64,000 bases of DNA from a virus. Shown piece by piece: positions 59,648 to 64,000 of this stretch. The notes under the pieces were generated by a model. That model made no database searches. It saw nothing but the letters and a program-made list of their open reading frames with translations, and was not told where the DNA came from. The position numbers were made by a program, and so were the translations under genes. The DNA is taken from IMG/VR virus record IMGVR_UViG_3300019487_000017; one strand, 5' to 3'. The stretch's first letter is position 1. Each line of letters opens with the position of its first letter.

Positions 59648-60792
59648 CAAACTGGAGTATCTGGATTACATCGAGAAAATGCTGAATCGCCGTTTGAGTT
59701 TTGAAGAGACGAAAAGACGATTCGGAGGTCCGCGAAAATACCCTTGTATTGTGTATCATTCTATCATAGGATATACAGAAGGCGTAGTAAGTACTCCTAT
59801 TCATGATTTTGCTTTTACTTATGAAGAAGATGTACTAAAATTGTTTGACCTTCTGCAATCAAAGAAAAAGAAATCTAATGAGCTCATCAGTACCGAAAAT
59901 AGAACAGAAACTAGGAGACTGGATATCCAATGAAATTCTTGATAACTATACTAAAATTAAACCTCAAGAATGGTTAAACAAAGTTTGCTATGGCAAACCT
60001 AAAAAGACTCCTACATATTCTGTAGAACAATTAGAAGAAAAAGGCTATATCGGAGTCTATTTTAATGTCAATGCAGTAAAAGAAATTTCTACGTCGTTAA
60101 CAGAAATTCCTGTTCCTAAAACTACACCTAAAGATCCTGACTCACAAGTAGTAAAAGAAACACAATCTGCAGAAATAATAAAAGAGCCTTTAGAACATAA
60201 CGTAAGTTTAGATGTAATCCCCGCTACGAAAAAGCGTGGAAGACCGCCTAAAGTAAAAGTATCTTAATACATAGGATTAATTTATATAACATGCAAGAGA
60301 GAATACCACTACCAAAACTACATATAGATGATGTTATAAATAAACTGATAGAAATAAAACAACAATATGGTAATTTGCCTTTTTTAAATATAGTAGATGA
60401 GTCAGGAGCCTATACAGAAGCATTTGATATCAGAGTCTTAGAAATGGATTGTAGTAAGGCAGAAGATCCTATGGTTAGTACCATTTATTTCCATCCTGAG
60501 CGCAGAAGACTCAATCCAAAATATGAACGTGTAAAAGCAGTTATTGTAGATTAAGGAAATCTTTATGAAGATACACGCAGAAGCATACGGAAAAACGTTA
60601 TCTGAAAACTCCGTAACGAGAGCTTTATATGATGGAGAATGGGGTATCAAATTAGAATTTATAGACGATCATCATGGAAGCCAGTATAGAACAATATTAA
60701 CCATCGACCAAGCAGAAAAACTTGTGTCTCAAATCCAAAAATCAATTGCTTCTATTAAAGAAGTTACATTACAACTCAATAATATAAAATAA
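59631..60792 (+). other. Four hypothetical CDS (59631-59933, 59845-60267, 60291-60554, 60565-60792)
   Basis: Tiled + strand ORFs; 59845-60267 ends in an AT-hook-like KKRGRPPK. Confidence 0.6.
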
Positions 60793-61017
60793 AAGTAATA
60801 TTATCTATTTTACGCATAAAATAATGATTTAGACATATTTTATCCTTATATTTATATGGCTAGTGAAAGGATAATATAAGGATAAGAGAGGGGTAGAAAA
60901 GAAAACACCCTTATACCATGTATGCAAATATCGCATTTACTTTGTTTAAGAGGTCAAAAACAAGGGTATTTTTGTGAATACATGGGTTTGGGAATAAAAT
61001 CAACAGGTTTGTTTTTT

Positions 61018-61048
61018 ACTCCAGATTTACTTTTTAAACCTTTATAAG
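61018..61048 (+). promoter_or_regulatory. Motif variant ACTCCAG-N18-TATAAG
   Basis: Upstream of ORF 61067. Confidence 0.6.
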
Positions 61049-61066
61049 GGATATTAAGGGTTACAA

Positions 61067-61312
61067 ATGACTACCTTACCTTCTCATAAAGAGGAACCCA
61101 AAAGCATAACAATTAGATTTGAGAAGGGCATTCATCTTTTTTTATTTCGTTATTGTCCAGGCGATGAAGCACGGCTTTTAGAGGCGATAACAGAATTGGT
61201 TGATAATCCACGTTGTAATTTTGGATGGCGAGATGCATCTATCCTCTGTCATTTCATTGGAAAGAATTTAGCTAAAGACATAAAACATTGGCCAAACTTT
61301 CTTTGGGGATAA
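61067..61312 (+). CDS. Hypothetical protein
   Basis: 81-aa ORF. Confidence 0.65.
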   Translation: MTTLPSHKEEPKSITIRFEKGIHLFLFRYCPGDEARLLEAITELVDNPRCNFGWRDASILCHFIGKNLAKDIKHWPNFLWG

Positions 61313-61326
61313 AGGTATGGATCATT

Positions 61327-61590
61327 ATGAAAACAATAAACCTTACTCACCTTCGGGATGATATTGTACAAGAACAACAACGCCTTGAAAGACAGTCAAA
61401 AGCATTAGATTTTATATCTAAGAATTGGAATAGATTTAGAGAGCTACTTGGTGAAAGTCGATCCTCGCGATTAGAATGAGATAATCGTGAAGAACGAATT
61501 TCTCTTTTACAGCAATATAATAGTGCAATAGTAGAACTAGGTTTTACTCCAGGAACAGAACTAGATTGGTGGATTACAGAATTAAAATAA
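61327..61590 (+). pseudogene. Small ORF interrupted by an in-frame TGA at 61477
   Basis: Frame continues 36 codons past the TGA to TAA 61588, filling the gap to the next gene. Confidence 0.45.
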
Positions 61591-61603
61591 TTTAAGGATT
61601 TGT

Positions 61604-62038
61604 ATGGTTATCCCACGAACATTAACAGGGTTCACAAAGGGACTTTTCCCTTCAAAATACAAGAAAGGAAAAGATCTGTTTTGTATTCGGTGGGAAAATC
61701 AGATATCGCAAAAATGTGGCTATCAATCATCTCTTTTTTCTTTCTGTTATCATGGAATAGGTTTCCCACCAGATTTCTTCAACTTACAACAAGATGGGCT
61801 TTGGTTTGATGAAGACACAAGTAACGAGCTTTTAAAACAATATACAAATCTCTTACGAGAAGAAGATAAAATAGTCTATTTTCTGGTAAGTGATGAAGAT
61901 AAGATTAAATCAATTTTTCCGGCAGAATCGAATGTGATTTATCATAATCAAATTAAAGTTGAATCAACCTCTCCAGGTTTATGTACTTGTAATATAAAAA
62001 CTCTCTTAGGACGTGGCTGTATTTGCGGCGGTAAATAA
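61604..62038 (+). CDS. Hypothetical protein
   Basis: 144 aa, C-terminal CTC...CICGG. Confidence 0.65.
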   Translation: MVIPRTLTGFTKGLFPSKYKKGKDLFCIRWENQISQKCGYQSSLFSFCYHGIGFPPDFFNLQQDGLWFDEDTSNELLKQYTNLLREEDKIVYFLVSDEDKIKSIFPAESNVIYHNQIKVESTSPGLCTCNIKTLLGRGCICGGK

Positions 62039-62047
62039 AGGTTTAAA

Positions 62048-62215
62048 ATGGCATATAAAATACTGGTTGTATGGGAGGATGGGACCGAGGAATACCTTAA
62101 ACAAGGTGATAAAGACGCAATTTTTCATTCTAAAAAAGAAGCTACGAACCAAAAAGAATTTATGCTTATGGGGATGGAAGATGAAGTACAAAGCATAAAT
62201 GTGGTAAAAGCCTAA
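62048..62215 (+). CDS. Small hypothetical protein (55 aa, not in ORF track)
   Basis: MAYKILVVWEDGTEEYL...; AAAGG RBS; downstream of the motif copy at 61970. Confidence 0.55.
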   Translation: MAYKILVVWEDGTEEYLKQGDKDAIFHSKKEATNQKEFMLMGMEDEVQSINVVKA

Positions 62216-62227
62216 TAAATATCATAA

Positions 62228-62258
62228 TCTCCTGAAAATCAAAATTTTGCGTTAACTT
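62228..62258 (+). promoter_or_regulatory. Motif variant TCTCCTG-N18-TAACTT
   Basis: Intergenic copy. Confidence 0.55.
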
Positions 62259-62262
62259 GAAT

Positions 62263-62652
62263 ATGAGTGATTCAGATATAGAGAAGATACGGGAATTGGC
62301 TTCTCAAGGTAAAATTGTTATCCCACCAGAAGCAGAAAAATTATTCCCATTATCTATCAATCCAATAGATACCCGAAAGCATCAATGGTCTCCACAAGAT
62401 TTTGAATATTGTAAAATTACTTCTATTTGGGGTCCATTTAAAAACAATCAGGGAGGCTTTAATTTATCTTGGGGTGTTAAGGGTATAGGTTTTGGTGAAA
62501 TAACCTTTTACCTTAAAGATGGGAAAATTGACCCCAATACTGCTGAATGGTCAGATGGCAAGATCATGTGTGACAATGAGGGTATGAGTAAAGATTTTAT
62601 CAAAGCAGCATTGGAAAAATTTCTGGAATCCGTACAATTTGTTTTAGAATAA
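62263..62652 (+). CDS. Hypothetical protein
   Basis: ORF track 62257-62652; ATG 62263. Confidence 0.65.
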   Translation: MSDSDIEKIRELASQGKIVIPPEAEKLFPLSINPIDTRKHQWSPQDFEYCKITSIWGPFKNNQGGFNLSWGVKGIGFGEITFYLKDGKIDPNTAEWSDGKIMCDNEGMSKDFIKAALEKFLESVQFVLE

Positions 62653-62667
62653 TTTTGAAAGAATAAT

Positions 62668-63654
62668 ATGCTACAGAAACTCGGCTACAAATTTCTTAGG
62701 TCCATTGATCCAGAAATCGCTCATGAATTTGGTAAATGGGGAATTAAAAGAAATTTCTTTGCTCCGGGGCATATCGAAGGACAAAATCCGTTATTTTTCT
62801 GCGGACAAATACTCCATCATAATCTAGCGTTAGCTGCTGGTTTTGATAAAAATGGAGAACTTGTTGAACAATTGGTTAATGGATATTCTTTTGCGTATGT
62901 TGAAGTTGGAAGTGTAACATATCATGGTGGTAACGGCAACCCGAAGCCAAGATTATTCAGATTGTCGAAACCAGATGATGTTAATTACGGTTTACTTAAT
63001 CGTATGGGGTTGAATGGAGATCCAGCGGAAGTAATCTATAATCGCTTATCTAAATATCATCCTAGTACATTTGCAGTTAATATTGCGAAAACTCATAATC
63101 CAGATATTATGGGGGATAAAGCGATAGAAGATATTCTAAATACTTACAAACTTGTTAGATCGTTGGGAATGTACACAGCAATTAATATTAGCTGTCCTAA
63201 TACTAAAGAAGGCAAAACCTTTGAGGATCCTGCTGCTCTAGATGAATTACTCTCAGCGTTAAAACCTTATAGATTGACAGCAAAGCATTTATTTGTAAAA
63301 ATATCTCCTAATCTCAGCTTTTCGTATTTAAGAGATATCTATAGTGTTTGTTCTAAATATGACATAAACGGTTATATTGCATGTAATACTCTACCAGCAC
63401 AAATCGAACCCTATGGTAAGGGTGGTCAAAGTGGAAAAGAGTTATTCACTCGTAGCCTAAATGCTGTTAAAGATTTAAGAATCTTAGATAAGAATACTTA
63501 TATCGTGGGATGCGGTGGAGTAGACAGTTATGAGAAATATCAGTCCTTTGTAGAAGCGGGGGCTTCTATTGTACAAGCGTATACAGGATTTGTAATTGGT
63601 TCAAATGCCGGACCTAACTTTGTTCATTCTCTTCTAAGGAAAGCAGGAAAGTAA
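62668..63654 (+). CDS. pyrD: Dihydroorotate dehydrogenase, class 2 (quinone)
   Basis: LAAGFDKNG, EVGSVT, GNPKPRLFRL, LNRMGLN, INISCPNT, VKISP, GGQSG, GCGGV. Confidence 0.92.
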   Translation: MLQKLGYKFLRSIDPEIAHEFGKWGIKRNFFAPGHIEGQNPLFFCGQILHHNLALAAGFDKNGELVEQLVNGYSFAYVEVGSVTYHGGNGNPKPRLFRLSKPDDVNYGLLNRMGLNGDPAEVIYNRLSKYHPSTFAVNIAKTHNPDIMGDKAIEDILNTYKLVRSLGMYTAINISCPNTKEGKTFEDPAALDELLSALKPYRLTAKHLFVKISPNLSFSYLRDIYSVCSKYDINGYIACNTLPAQIEPYGKGGQSGKELFTRSLNAVKDLRILDKNTYIVGCGGVDSYEKYQSFVEAGASIVQAYTGFVIGSNAGPNFVHSLLRKAGK

Positions 63655-63656
63655 TA

Positions 63657-64000
63657 ATGGAATATCTATCTCCTATCGATCCTCACGTACATCTTCGCGG
63701 TGAAGAATATGCCAAAGATTTTCTCGAATATGGGATGGCAGATGCCCGTACTGTGGGATTGGTTGGAATGGTAGAACAACCAAATCCAAAACCTCAATTA
63801 ACGACAGAAAAGATTATTAATGAGCGTTTAAATAAATTAAACAACTATTCCATTCCCTGTCATATTCATATTGGGATGACAAATGATAAGAATCAAGTTA
63901 TTGATGCAATTAACATGATTATGCAACGGAGAGTGTCTCGTTGCTGTTCAGATAAAATATTCTATACACATTCAACTGGCAATATGGGAATATTGGATGT
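63657..64000 (+). CDS. pyrC: Dihydroorotase, 3' truncated by the window edge
   Basis: MEYLSPIDPHVHLRG, EQPNPKPQLTT, HSTGNMGI; frame open to the end. Confidence 0.8.
   Translation, partial: MEYLSPIDPHVHLRGEEYAKDFLEYGMADARTVGLVGMVEQPNPKPQLTTEKIINERLNKLNNYSIPCHIHIGMTNDKNQVIDAINMIMQRRVSRCCSDKIFYTHSTGNMGILD

Noticed and set aside
1-64000. Genome-wide stop-codon reassignment
   Set aside because: Standard-code ORFs tile densely, and TGA and TAG act as stops with start/stop overlaps; only one suspicious in-frame TGA was seen

Overview
AT-rich (roughly 30-33% GC by eye), very gene-dense window with nearly all genes on the + strand. It holds long runs of small hypothetical ORFs, nucleotide-metabolism genes (thyX, dCMP deaminase, HD nucleotidase, pyrD, pyrC), RNA repair/translation-rescue functions (RtcB, Thg1, tmRNA, a class II aaRS-like domain), two DNA methyltransferases and an inverted two-component/glycosyltransferase cassette. 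This is most consistent with part of a jumbo/huge bacteriophage genome (inference: no capsid, terminase or ribosomal-protein genes are in the window). Standout: a compact type V CRISPR-like locus at 10372-12249. It has a 458-aa TnpB/Cas12-type RuvC nuclease with intact D-E-D triad, a ~250-nt structured RNA region with a 20-nt anti-repeat, and a polarised mini-array of 36-bp repeats (2 identical, 1 with 3 mismatches, 1 degenerate); spacer 1 is a tRNA T-arm fragment, and no cas1/cas2/tnpA is nearby. A second window-wide signal is a recurrent non-canonical promoter-like motif, CTCC(A/T/G)G-N18(19)-TAnnnn, upstream of many genes. All functional calls come from motif recognition by eye; no database searches were run.
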